From Eledone cirrhosa (Eukaryota), in the NCBI GenBank assembly GCA_964016885.1, contig OZ024740.1, positions 285,262,001-285,326,000 on the forward strand: a stretch of DNA of 64,000 nucleotides, in the 5' to 3' direction. This document shows positions 22,915-36,262 of this stretch, piece after piece. The notes under the pieces are model-generated. The model saw nothing but the letters and a program-made list of their open reading frames with translations. It was not told the origin of the DNA and made no database searches. The position numbers and the translations under genes are program-made. Within the stretch, counting starts at the first letter, position 1; each line of letters opens with the position of its first letter.

Positions 22915-25900
22915 TACAATTCAAATTCCCCGTTTGTTTCTCTCGGATTTTCAATTAATATTTACATGTTTTTAAATGATTTGTCTCATTCTGTTGGACC
23001 CTTCCTAAATCAAATCCTTCTCCTAAAGTTACCCATTTCCCGCCCTCCCACCCCCACACACCACCATTGCTAATGCTCTAATCATAACTCAGTGGCTTTA
23101 GTAAGTTCCCTAATAAATCAGTATAGCAAAGCTACCGCCCCGGTTACTACTCCTTAAGTTTAGACCTGTTTGATGGGTTGACTGCAGAGATTTGGAAAGT
23201 CTAAGCATTAAATGACGATGTCACAGATAAAGATAAATTCACCTCCTGCTGCAGGATGAAAATACAAAGACCCCTCTCTATTTCAGACACAAATGACCAA
23301 CATAATTCCGTCTCCCACACCCCTCCCTGCCCCTCTAACCCATCCATCCCACCCTCCCAACTTCAGAGTTGGTACCATGAACGTAGGCACATTAAAAGGT
23401 CGCTCAAATGAGGTTGTAGAGATGCTTGAACGTAAAGAAGTTGATGTTTGTTGTATTCAAGAGGGTGGATAGGGGGGAGGGGGTCTGCCAGATTCATCGT
23501 GGGTAAAAAACGATGCTATAAACTTTTCTGGGTGGGAAATGACAACGGACTGGGTGGAGTAGGAATTATATTAGCTGAAAAATGGGTAGATAAGGTAATC
23601 AACGTAAATAGAGTAAATGACAGAATAATTAAAATAAGGCTAGTATTAAATAAAACTACTGTGACAATAATATCCGCTTATGCACCCCAATCTGGTCTAC
23701 TTGACGTTATAAAGGACAGGTTCTATGAGACGCTAATGCACACTACCTCCCAAATAACCGACAGCGAATACCTAATTATTGCTGGCGATCTAAACGGCCA
23801 CGTTGGACAACATAGTGATGGCTATGATGGAATCCATGGAGGCTATGGGGTTGGAAATAGAAATGAGGAAGGCTTCAGAATCCTGGAATTCTGTGACGCC
23901 AATAACCTAACTATCTGTAACACAAACTTCAAAAAACGTGAAAACCACTTGATCACCTATAGATCAGGGGAACACGCTAGCCAGATAGATTATATCCTTA
24001 CTAGAAGATGGGACAAAGTGTCTGTTGTAAACACTAAATCCCTCCCCCGTGAAGAATGCACCTCCCAACATAGCCTAGTAGTTAGTGACCTCACAGTCAG
24101 AAATAGACGTACTCGACGACAGAGGAAGCCTACCTTGAGGAGAAGAATATGGAAGTTGAAGGACCCCATAGACAGTGACAAATTTAAAAGCTTATTACTT
24201 GATGCCTTTGACAATAAGGAAGAGCAATTAGAGACGTGCGATATAGAGGAACAGTGGCAATTCTTGAAAGTGAACCTGCTGAAAGCTACGGATGAAATCT
24301 GTGGCTGGAGCAGACCTATTGGCAGGAGGAGAGTAACTTGGTGGTGGAACAGTAAGGTAGAAGAGACAATCAAGGCCAAAAAGCAGGCTTGGAAAGTATG
24401 GCAGGATGGGGAAGTAGAGAGCACTATCAAGTGGCCAGGAGAAAAGCTAGGAGACAAGTGTACCTTGCAAAAAGGGAAGCAGAGGATAGAAAGTTCAAGC
24501 ATGTTCTACAACATGAGGACCAAAAAAGGATTGCTAGACAATGTGTCAAGGAAAACCGTGATATTGTTGGGGAGAAGTGTGTCCGTAATGAAAATGGTGT
24601 ACTTGCCCTCACTGATGCTGATAAGAAGATAGCCTGGAAGTGTCACTACGAGAGACTATTAAATGAGAAGAATAAGTGGGAAGAAGATAGTCTGCCCCAA
24701 ATCGATCCAATAGAAGGATCAGTGGTGCAAGTTAAAGGTAGTATAATAAGTAAGGCAATCAAAGATATGAAGATAGGCAAGGCAGCTGGGCCTTCGGAGA
24801 TAGTTGCTGAGATGTTGAAGGCATCTGGAATGGTGGGACATACTATGGTCACCCGTATAGTTAACCAAGTAATACAGAATGGGGTCATACCAAAAGACTG
24901 GCGTAGCAGCATCATCATTAACTGCTACAAGGGTAAAGGAGATGCTCTAGATAGAGGAAACTATAGAGGCATTAAGTTAGTTGACCAGGTAATGAAGGTC
25001 ACAGAAAGAGTTATAGCGCAACTAATCAGAGAGCGAATTGATCTAGATGAAATGCAGTTTGGGTTTGTGTCAGGTAAAAGTACCACAGACGCTCTTTTCC
25101 TTGTACGACAACTACAAGAGAAGTACCTAGCTAAAAGTAAACCCCTCTACTTAGCTTTTGTAGACCTGGAAAAAGCCTTTGACAGAGTCCCCCGCTCCAT
25201 TATCTGGTGGGCTCTTAGAAAACTAGGTGTAGATGAATGGCTTGTGAGAGCTATACAAGCTATGTATAATGAAGCAGTCAGTAAGGTTAGAATTAACAAT
25301 GAATATTATGAAGAATTTAGTGTAAAAGTTGGTGTTCACCAAGGCTCTGTCCTTAGCCCCCTCCTATTTATTATTGCCCTTCAGGCTATAACAGAGGAGT
25401 TCAAGACCGGCTGCCCATGGGAACACCTATACGCAGATGATCTAACGCTCATAGCTGAATCAATGGCTGAACTAGAAAAGAAATTCCAAACATGGAAGCA
25501 TGGCCTAGAATCAAAAGGCCTTAAAGTTAACTTGTCTAAGACTAAAGTCCTAGTTTGTAGAAAGGAAAATAAGGCACAGGTACCCTCAGGGAAATGGCCT
25601 TGCTCAGTGTGTAGGTAAGGAGTAGGCAGAAATTCAATTTTATGTCCCAAATGCAAAGTACGGGTACATAAAAGATGTAGTGGGATCACAGGTAAACTAT
25701 CTAAGAACGTAGACTTTATATGTGGCCGATGCTCAGGTGCAATAGGTAGCAAGTGTCTACAGGATACTAGCCCTTTCTATTGCCCAGATGGTTCTATAGA
25801 AATAGTAGAAACTTTCCGTTAATTGGGTGACAAAATCAACAGTGGTGGAAGGTGTTCTGAAAGTACAGTAGCCAAAGTCAGAACGGGATGGAAAAAGTTC

Positions 25901-27095
25901 AGAGAGCTTATACTGCTGTTGGCCACAAAAGGTTTCTCTCTAAAAATGAAAGGCAGGCTGTATGATGCTTGTATACGAACAGCAATGCTACATGGCAGTG
26001 AGACATGGGCATTGCGTGCAGAGGACCTGCGCAGACTGGAAAGGAACGAAGCATGTATGCTCCGTTGGATGTGTAATAGTAATATACATAAAAGGCAAAG
26101 CATAAATGAACTAAGTGAGAAATTAGGAATAAGAGGGATCAGATGCTGTTTACTCGAGAGAAGACTACGTTGGTATGGCCATGTGATGCGCATGAAAGAC
26201 GACAGCTGTATAAAAAAGTGTAGGGCGATCAAAATTGATGGTAGTTACGGAGTAGGTAGACTCAGAAAATCCTGGGACGATCTGATAAATTCTGACCTTA
26301 CACACTTGCACCTCTCTAAGACAATGTCACTGGACCGAGATCTTTGGGGCGGTATGCAGTAATACAAAAGACCCGCCTTGCTTATGTACAAAGCAAAACC
26401 TACAGTCAAGTAGGCACCTCTTAACCAAATATACACCCCAATCCACTACCCCTACCCTATCCTCCCACCAACACCACCCTCTCTCTATAAAGTTGGTACC
26501 ACAACATCCAGTTCAAATAAATGAGATGATCGAGATCGTGTAGGTGTCACATTTATGGAATTTATGCCAGTTCCTTTCCTACATATCGAACATGACCATT
26601 TCCCTGATGGAATCAGAGTATTGTCCTGTCTTCTACTTATCAACACTTTTGTTTTAGCTATGTTCACTCTCAGGCCTCTTGATCCCAACTGCTGTTTCCA
26701 TAGCCAGAATTTGTTCTCCACTGATTCCAAATATACACCCCAATCCACTACCCCTATCCTATCCTCCCACTAACACCACCCTCTCTCTATAAAGTTGGTA
26801 CCACAACATCCAGTCCAAATAAATGAGATCGAGATCGAGATCGTGTAGGTGTCACAAGAAAAAAACACACAGTCCACGCTGTAATGTGGCCGTGTAGGTA
26901 ACACGGTAAAAAGTTCCCAGTTCCACACTGTAAATGTGGTTGGTGTTAGGAAGGGCATCCAGCCGTAGAAAACCTGCCAGATAGTCCTATATGAGCGAGA
27001 CATGGTCACCCGACCAACCTTGCCTCAAGTGGGACAACTCCCGTCTAACCTATGCTAGCGTGGAAAATGGACGTTAAACGAAGATGATGATGATA
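22915..27095 (+). pseudogene. Near full-length decayed RTE LINE (related subfamily)
   Basis: ORF pieces 23448-24632, 24389-25618 and 25823-26362 are collinear with the intact ORF but broken by frameshifts and stops. PHD Cys pattern retained; (GAT)n tail. Confidence 0.92.
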
Positions 27096-27240
27096 TATAT
27101 ATATATATATAATAGCAATATTAATGAGAGTAAATTTTACTCATTTACTAGGTGTTTTAGTTCTATGCAATGATAGGATCATGCAGAGCTGTTATATAGT
27201 TATAGTTTGTTTACAAACCAAAGAATTTAAGGCACTTAAT

Positions 27241-27340
27241 AACTGACAATTGTTTCTACCATGGTTATGCTACATATAGCAAATCATTCTATTTAACAAT
27301 TTGCCATTAGTGAGTATAGATCGTGGGTGTCATCAGAGTT
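27241..27340 (-). ncRNA. Type-I hammerhead motif with long stem II insertion
   Basis: AACU-CUGAUGA-(73 nt)-GAAA-CAAUUG-UC-AGUU; GUC cleavage triplet, palindromic ACAAUUGU. Confidence 0.62.
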
Positions 27341-28014
27341 TAATTAAAATACCAATACAAGTTACTCAGAAAAAAAATAGAACAGATAATATATATATAT
27401 CACTCATCAAAGTATCAAGATAAAGGTTTACAGTTAGAAATATAGTTAAATAAACATTGTAGTCAGAAAAATATAGTGTCAGTTGTGTTTCTTAGAGTGA
27501 ATTAAATATCATAGTTAAAAAAATGTCATTTGTATTAAAAGTTTTCCTAAAATGAATTTGAATATATGAAATTTTAACAAAGCAATATTCATATTTAGAG
27601 AAACACTCCCATATGAGCCAGACACAGTTACCCAACCCAACTTGCCTCTAAATGGGACAAACCCGTCTAACCCATGCTAGTGTGAAAGATAGATGTTAAT
27701 CGATGATGATGATGATCTGAAGCAATCCAATGGTTATATGAGTGACACAATATGTTTCTGACTACAACGTTTTCTGAATTATATTTATATATTTATCAGT
27801 ATTGAGTACCTTATTTAACAGTGGATTATACCCAATCTCATTTGAAATACCTCCCTTAATCTTATATATATATAAGGAAAAGAAATTGGAAATGTAACTG
27901 GAGTCTTTTAAGAATATTTATTCATTTACTTTACAGGTTCTTATGATTTTTAAAAGTAAAATTGAGATGGAGGGTTTGTGTTTCTGTTGTGGTTTGTCTC
28001 ACATATATATATAT

Positions 28015-28372
28015 GGAGGCACATGGCTTAGTGGTTAGACCAATCAAAAGGTTGTGAGTTCAATTCTCAGACCGGGTGATGTGTTGTTTCCTTGAGCAAG
28101 GCACTTTATTTCACACTGCTCCAGTTTACTCAGCTGTAGAAATGAGATGATAGGACTGGGGTCCATATCATTCCACTGCAAAATGGTCGTGGAGGTGCCA
28201 CGGCAAAAAAAGCACCCAGCACTAACTGTAAAGTGGACGTGTAGGCGCCACGGCAAAAAAGCACCTAGCACCTGAGGTTGGTGTTAGGAAGGGCATCCAG
28301 CTGTAGAAATCAAGCCAGAATCAGTTCCCGTCCCACCCTTGCAAGCAGAGAAAAGCGGACGTAAAATGATGA
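28015..28372 (+). mobile_element. SINE family A copy
   Basis: Same head and tail, with an internal duplication. Confidence 0.85.
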
Positions 28373-28396
28373 TATATATATATATATATATATATA

Positions 28397-28792
28397 AATA
28401 ATTGTTTCTACTTTAGGCACAAGGCCAGCAATTACCCAGTACATTACTGGTACTTTATTTTATCGACCCCGTAAGGATGAAAGGCAAAGTTAACCTCGGC
28501 GGGATTTGAACTCAGACTGTAAAAGGACGCAACTGTGCTAGAACGCATGGCCTCCAACCCTCTACCGATACTGCCAATTCACCGCCCTTTATATATATAT
28601 AAATAATTGTTTCTACTTTTAGGCACAAGGCCAGCAATTACCCAGTGCATTACTGGTACTTTATTTTATCGACCCCGTAAGGATGAAAGGCAAAGTCAAC
28701 CTCGGCGGGATTTGAACTCAGATCGTAAAGGGACGTAACTATGCTGCAAAGCATGGCGTCCGACCCTCTACCGATACTGCCAAGCCACCGCC
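28397..28792 (-). mobile_element. Two tandem SINE family C copies separated by (TA)n
   Basis: Each is the reverse complement of 16285-16473. Confidence 0.85.
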
Positions 28793-29493
28793 TATATATA
28801 TATAAATAATACATACAAATATGTTACAAGTTATTTATCTTTTAGAAGGAACTTGTCGATATCATATGTTAATTAATCACTATGCGTTGGTGACTTCAGT
28901 TTAGAGTGGTGAATTATATACTATTCTGTAACACCTACATGCAGCTAGGATGTAATTTCGCTAACAACACATAGTAAATAGAATCAACAATCTGAGAGTG
29001 CCTGTAAAGGTAATGAGTAAATGCTACTGCCTACTGTGATAAATCCATGATTTGTATATATTATTCAGAAGAGGAGCTGTGTACATAGCATCTCCAGGAT
29101 CACCCATACTGGAGATGTTGATGAGGAGAAAACCAGGATTTTAGCCCAATAAAATCACCCCAGGACCAGATAGTGGTGTTAAATCAGGCTGCATGTTAGG
29201 AAGATGACAACACACATGTTAGGAAGATGACAACACACATGTTAGGCTTTGTCACTCTAAAAAAGAAAAGAAGCTACATACCATTTATGCACTTGGTCAT
29301 TGGATAATTTAATAGCCTGATCTTGCTCATCTCGCAACCTCTTCACATGTTCCGTGTTCATGTCTTAGCAGTAAATCCAAGTTAACTACAAATCAAACAA
29401 CATACATCATATAAAGATAATAAACAAAGAAGATAATTGTGTGCACTTTCAATGGCAGAAATAATCTGAGCTAAATACAGTAATACATATACA

Positions 29494-30027
29494 CATCAAG
29501 AAGGCCGAGGGTGTCTTGGCATCACTCAGCAAGACCTTTGTTAGCCGCTCTCCAGCCATCTATTTAAAACTGTATACAGCTATGGTACGACCACACTTGG
29601 AATTCGCATCATCAGTCTGGAACCCCTATCTTGCTCAGAACATTGACCTCCTGGAAACTGTTCAGAGACGTGCAACCAAGCGCATACCCTCCATCAGACA
29701 CTTACCATACTCTGAACGCCTTGCTTCCCTGGGCATGGATTCATTGAAGCTCCAACGTCTGGCAATGGACTTGGTAAATACCCACAAAGTTATTAACCAT
29801 CTCGACAACAACAACCCTGAGCACCTTTTTGATCTCCATGTGTCTAACACACGTGGACATGCCTACAAAATCAGAAAACAGCACAGCACACGTGTGTAGC
29901 ATGACTCATGCACTGTTCATTTTCCTGACGTTTGTACATTACCCTATGTACTATACATACACTTTTTGATGAGTTGTAGTGCACCTGAGCACTGTACACA
30001 ATATTTCATTATTATTATTATTATTAT
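29494..30027 (+). mobile_element. CR1-group LINE 3' end
   Basis: LYTAMVRPHLEFASSVWNPY..LETVQRRATKRIP..NTRGH; ends in (TTA)n before a (TA)n tract. Confidence 0.85.
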
Positions 30028-30039
30028 ATATATGTATAT

Positions 30040-30089
<50 letters not shown>

Positions 30090-30955
30090 AAGACCGTTAT
30101 TACTCCAACCAGTCTATTCACCTTCGATAATTACCCTAAATATACATACACTTATACTACACATATAAACACTATATAGATATATAGAACAAACGTAAGC
30201 AATCATCGAATGCCCTATGTGTAAACAATGCACTTTGAAAACAAAGCCAACAAAAAACAAAGCATCTAGTGGACAAGACCGTCAGATTCCATACTCATAA
30301 AAACCGAGCCAATCATGAACTAAATCTCCATATTAGTGCTAAGACATCCCCCCACAAAATATACTACAGTGTTATTCATCATATCACCGTAAAAAAAAAA
30401 AAAAAAAAATACATAAGAGTATTTATAAATAATGAATAAATTCATTACCTGTATTTTGCTAAAATGATTCATTATATTACTCACACTTTATTGACCCCGT
30501 AAGGATGAAAGCCAAAGCTAAACCTTCAAATCCAGCCAAGGTTAACTTTGCTTTTCATCCTTATGGAGTCAATAAAATAAAGCACCAGTAATGCACTGGG
30601 GGTCAATTTAAATGATTTTCCCTTCCCCCAAATTGCTGGTCTTGCACCTAAAGTAGAAATAATTATATTGCTCACACTCAAACATTACAAATCTATAACA
30701 TTAAAGAAAGCAGCAATTTGAGCAAAGCAAAAAAAAAAAAATGAAAAGAAACATAAAAGATAAGGAATTGGGGAAAAGGAATATATATTTTCAGATATGC
30801 GTATTTCCTTCAGGAAAATATCAATGAGTGGAAGGAAAACAACTTTGAAGAAATGCTATTGTCTCATAAGACAATAACTACTTGTTGGTGTATGACTCCA
30901 GTTAAGAATCCGTTGCCTTTCTAACACTTTGCTTGCAACTCTGCTAAGTATGTAT

Positions 30956-31501
30956 TAGGGTTGCACCAATTAATTGGCATATAATCGGTATCAGCAATAT
31001 CAGCCATTTGCTGATTAATCTGCACCTGCTTTTTTTTTTCTAATGATTAATTGATGTTGTTGTTGTTTTTATTATTAATAAGCATGTATGCTGGAGCAAG
31101 AAGACCATGGGTAAGAGAAATTCAGAACACACATTGGATTCAACATGCAGAAAGACACAAGAAACATATTATTTCCAAGGGCACATAATCTAAGCCCACT
31201 AGTGTAATATAACACTATTCCTAATGCTTTAATGCACTGATCTACACAACTCGAAATTACTTGGGACAGTGCAGGTTAAAGGATGTTAAAATTAAAGGGA
31301 GACCCTCCTACCCACCTCAGAGGGTATGTGTTTAAATGCTCTGAAATAGTAGCTCCATAACTGTGATTAATTATGAAATATATAATATATTATCTACACT
31401 AAATTAATATGCATTTTCATAACACAATATATAATTACACTATAGATAATCAGTAGCTGATTAATCAGTATTTGGCTAATTTGCTAATCAGAACATCCCT
31501 A
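30956..31501. mobile_element. hAT-type MITE
   Basis: TAGGGTTG...CATCCCTA termini; 8-bp TSD gtatgtat/ttatgtat. Confidence 0.65.
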
Positions 31502-31610
31502 TTATGTATACTCCTCCTTTAACACTTATATTGATTCTCTCTGTATCTCTCCTTTACTCTTCTATATGATGTCAAATGTGACATCTGACATTAGATCAAT
31601 CAACCAACAC

Positions 31611-31751
<141 letters not shown>

Positions 31752-31849
31752 TATTCAAAATATTGATAAATGGATAATAAATTTATACATATATATATAT
31801 AAATCATTATGTTCAGAAGATTTGTTTTATTCATCTGAATAACCAAGCT

Positions 31850-32420
31850 CTTGCAAACTCCTTGAATAATCTTCATCAGTATGCAAAATACATGTAATCA
31901 TTACAACAATATTAGCATAACAATCACATCACATGTTCTGGAAATGAACTGGTTTTATTCATTTTTCATTTGAGAACTGTGGGTAACATCATTTGCATAA
32001 ATTTACAGCTGATCTTATCAAACCATGTACATAAGTGATAATTACAAAAGTCACAAGTATTATCAGGCACTAATGTTTCTGGCAAACACAGTTCTTAACA
32101 TTTGCCTAACTGCTTCTGTTTTTTTATTTTATTTTATTACTTTTATAACTTCTGGCCAGTCAGACAAGTATTAAGAACAATCTTAAATTTGCAACAAAAT
32201 TGACATCCATATGCATATACAACCATGTTTTAATTTCTTTAGGCAATGTGTGATAGTATGTGGTAATTCTTTGTTATATTCTAGCACATGTCAGCTATTT
32301 TACATATTGTTCTACAGGAATCTTTATTCTATCTGCCTCACTGTGAGAAATAGGTAATGTGTCAAATTGTCAAAGATTCTGAACTAAATCAACTTGTTTC
32401 TCACGCTAAACAAAATATAA
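31850..32420 (-). mobile_element. Very old Gypsy integrase remnant
   Basis: Minus-strand fragments HTLPKEIKTWLYMHMD, WPEVIK, EAVRQMLRTVFARN and VPDN..DFC match an rve integrase core. Confidence 0.6.
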
Positions 32421-32859
32421 TTCTTTATACTCTTGTCAAGTCAAGAGATGAAATTTCTACATGGACACACAACTTTCTAAAAATAGCAGCCATCTTTTCC
32501 TCAAATCACATCCTACTCTCTTAAAAAGGGAAGAACATAAAATATTGATCTGTCTAAAACTAAGTTGAGATAATCACAACTAGAACACTTTTGATCACAG
32601 GCTTAATGAGTCAGGGCTAACCTGAAGTTAAATAATAACATCAAATGCCATTGTCTTTGAAATGCTATGTTAAGCTGTTAAATGCAGCTGCTAACCAAAT
32701 CTAAGGTTTCCTATATTCTAACAACTCTGCCAATTCACTAACATCTCAATAAGAAATATGAATAAGAAATTAACCCTTTTGATACTAAATCGCCTGAAAT
32801 GACACTTGGTTCTATTATACTAGGCTAGTTATTTTAGTGTTTATATTTATCTAAAAGCC

Positions 32860-33312
32860 TCACATCATAATTTTATGCAAGAACATTCTTAAGTAGATGG
32901 TATGGTCGATAGTGCAAAAATACATACACATGTACACCAGGTCCGAACACTGAGGAGCCAAACTCCCACTGTCATCGGCTCCGTCTCTCTTGCCCTCTCC
33001 ATCTCTCGCTATTATGAGTAAATGGGGTCCCATGCGCCAGCTGCCCCACGGCCCCAGCAGACAGAATAGAGAAGGGGTTTCCCCGGATGATAGTGAGGGA
33101 GATGCGCTGGAAGAACTATTCCATCTCGCGAGGATCACACCTATGGCTAGCCAGCTCAGTGCCTATGGTGGTGAGTAGGGAGGTGGCCTTAGGGCCAGGG
33201 TCACCAGAAGTCTCCACTGCTAGGGGCTTGACTGCAAACTTGTCGGAGAGCGACCAATATTTGGAGAGTTTACCCTCATCAGCCTAAAGAGCAGCAGAGC
33301 CTGGGTTAAGTA
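32860..33312 (-). mobile_element. CRE-like LINE 3' fragment with 3' UTR
   Basis: Closely similar to 2030-2280 (gccagctcag..ggtggtgagtagggagg..ccagaagtctccactgc). Confidence 0.7.
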
Positions 33313-34799
33313 ACATCAAAGACTATCCATCTCGTTTCTGGTCAAGTACTCATAAGTAAGTGGAAGCGCGTGACCTAGTGGTAAGGATTTTGGACTTATG
33401 ACCTTGACCATAACGTCGTGGGTTCAATTCTTGGACTGGGTTGTGTGTTGTTCTTGATCAAAACACTTCATTTCTTGTTGCTTCAGTATACTCAACTGAA
33501 AATGAGTACCAGCAATAGCTGGAAGTTTAACCCTGTGATAGACTCATAAGTAAAGTACTTGAATTAAGTTTGAATTCTGTCGAAGTAGTATTAATCTTAT
33601 ATTCTTATATTAAGTAAGATAATCTTATATTAAGTAAGATATTCCAAAATTTTAAAAAATACAACTATTTTTAAGTGCAGTTGAACAGTGGCCTGAAAGA
33701 AATTAACAATTATTATTAGTAATGTGTCCAGGGTGATAGATTGGTAGTATCGGTAGAGTGTTGGTTAGCAGTATTTAGTTATAACTTTCTGTTCTGAGTT
33801 CAAATCCCACCAAGGGCTTTCATCCTCCCAGTGTGGATAAAATAAAATATTAGTTAAGAACTGTGGTCGATATAATCAACTTCTCCTTTCCACTAAATTG
33901 CTGATCTTGTGCCTATGTTAGAAAGAATTATTAGTAATGAGTCCATACGCTAATTGGAATATCCACTAACTTTTTGCCAAAGTGAAATGTGCTGCTGTTT
34001 ATAATAATTGTTTCTACTTTAGGCACAAGGCCATTACTGGTACTTTATTTTATCGACCCCGTAAGGATGAAAGGCAAAGTTAACCTCGGCGGGATTTGAA
34101 CTCAGACCGCAGAGGGACGTAACTATGCTGGAAAGCATGGCGTCCGACCCTCTACCGATACTGCCAGCTGTTTATAATAATTGTTTCTACTTTTGGCACC
34201 AGGCCAGCAATTATACCAGTGCATTACTGGTACTTTATTTTATCGACCCCAATAAAAATATTTCTGACACAGCCACAGATTTGGGGGAAAGGGTTATCTG
34301 ATTAAATCAGTATCAGTATTTAACTCGACTTTATTTTATAAACACAGGAAGGAGAAAAGATAAAAATTTACTATGACGGGATCTGAATTCAGGGAATAAC
34401 AAATACTGCAAGGATTTAGTCAAATGCTCTACTGATTCTGCCAACCCACTATTCTTAATAATTTCTTACAGAGAGACAGTTTCATAAATTTGCAAGGGAG
34501 ATAATAGATAATTAAATCGACCCCAGTACTTGATTGATATTTTATCTACCTCGGATGGATGAAAGGCAAAAACAATCCCAGCTGGATTTGAACTCAATGT
34601 AAAAGGATATACTAAATATCACGATATTTTGTCTCCTGCTCTACTGAATGTCAAAAAAAAAATTAAATCACTTGACCATTACAGGTAAAAATATTTTTAA
34701 TATATCCTGTTTTAATTTTCTGGTGGAGATACTTCGTTTTAGGTACATAAACTAGCATAAAAAAGTGAAAACGATAAATGATAGTAATTAAAGATGAAA

Positions 34800-34975
34800 G
34801 GGGTATTCAACTACAAATTGCAAGAATGTTTCAGAAGAGGAATAGTGAAATGGTACAACTATTTCCATGATGTTTGTGCAAATGTGATGTAATGACAATC
34901 TCATGCAGATTGGAGGCCGTGGAATGGTTGTCGTGATGGACGTAAAATAATTGAAAAGGCGTACAACAACGAGTA
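34800..34975 (+). mobile_element. Merlin (IS1595-like) transposase remnant
   Basis: IVKWYNYFHDVCA followed, after a frameshift, by QIGGRGMVVVMD; resembles the Merlin W..F.R.VC / .IGG.G..V..DE motifs. Confidence 0.55.
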
Positions 34976-36179
34976 CACACACACTCTCTCTCTCTCTCAC
35001 TATATATATATATATATATAATGTGTTTTTAATAATTAAGTATACTCAAATAAGCATGTAAATAAAGCGAAATATCTTCTTTTCTAAATTCATCAAATTA
35101 AAGCCAAATTAATTTTTCAACTAGGGAGCTATCAAAAATATTTCATTATCGGCAAATTCCTGTATGCCTTCTATATCTATGTGAAAGTAAAATTACGGTC
35201 GTATCCAACGTGGTAACGACACAAATATTTATTACTTCCGTTTTACATTTGTAGTTAATTGTTTATTTTTCATTTTTGTTTGCTCGTTTCTTTAATTACA
35301 GAATTATAGAATTGTGCCTAATTATTTTTTATTGATACAATAAACACAAAATACCATCACTATTTATATATTAATATATAAACATAATTCATATTAAAAA
35401 ATTATATATTTAGAAAAAGAGGAAAAATAATCTTTAAAAAAGGAGTAAGATCTGTACACACAATCTCACGCCACAAGGGACGCTGGAATTTTCCCTATAT
35501 AATGGACAATCCGAAGTTCGAGAGTGTAAGATTATCAATATTTATGACAATAACAAATCTGACACTACTAAACGAACGTCTTTCTTCCTCAATCAAAATT
35601 AGTTAGATAAGAAAATGAAACGTATTCACTAAAATATATATAATTTCAATATTACCGAAAAAATAAATCGTAAAAAATATATCAGGAACAAGTATGTCAA
35701 AGAACATGTTTTTGTTTGGTATATAGTTTACAAAGAAATATTGTATCCAGGCATACCGATACTGAAAATGCTTACAAAATATATTTTAAAACATTAAAAA
35801 CTAGCAACCTACCAACAAAATAGTTATTAGATCAAACCAGTTAAAAACCGAAGTCAACTTCTTAAAGAAAACATTTCTTTTAATCCATAAAAACACTGGA
35901 AGCACATGTCTATTTTTATGCCATGAGAGTTACCCGCCTTGTTTACCCTCTTGAAAAAAAGCCCGGTTTGTATTAAAATTCACTCAGAAAATTTAACATA
36001 TAACGCGAAAAAAATCTTTTAATAATTGTGGTTTTTAACTGAACAAAGTTGTAAAATTAGATTTTAAGTAATATTTTATTATCGTTTTACCGTAATGACA
36101 AGTAGATATATTTGACTGGGTGCCTATTTCTGGTTAAAATTTTTATAGTTGATGTTATCACATGATCTCTAAATCGAAA

Positions 36180-36262
36180 ATGGCATCGTCGCTAAAGCTA
36201 GCTGCATGTGTTCGAACAATTCTTTTCAATTCTACTGGAAACTCAGTTACACAAATAACAAG
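36180..36262 (+). CDS. MRPL3: MRPL3 exon 1 (mitochondrial presequence; probable GC donor)
   Basis: AAAATGG start; MASSLKLAACVRTILFNSTGNSVTQIT is acid-free and S/T/R/K-rich like a mitochondrial targeting peptide. Ends AG|GCAAGC in phase 2, matching the phase-2 start of exon 2. Assigned by inference, not by homology. Confidence 0.6.

Noticed and set aside
30449-30458. 10-nt minus-strand microexon (ttttag|caaaatacag|gtaatg)
   Set aside because: Splice-like signals alone are common in AT-rich DNA; no partner exons were identified.
30795-30947. Plus-strand exon-like segment (tttcag ... gtatgt)
   Set aside because: No recognisable protein similarity, and the longest frame I read stops before the donor.
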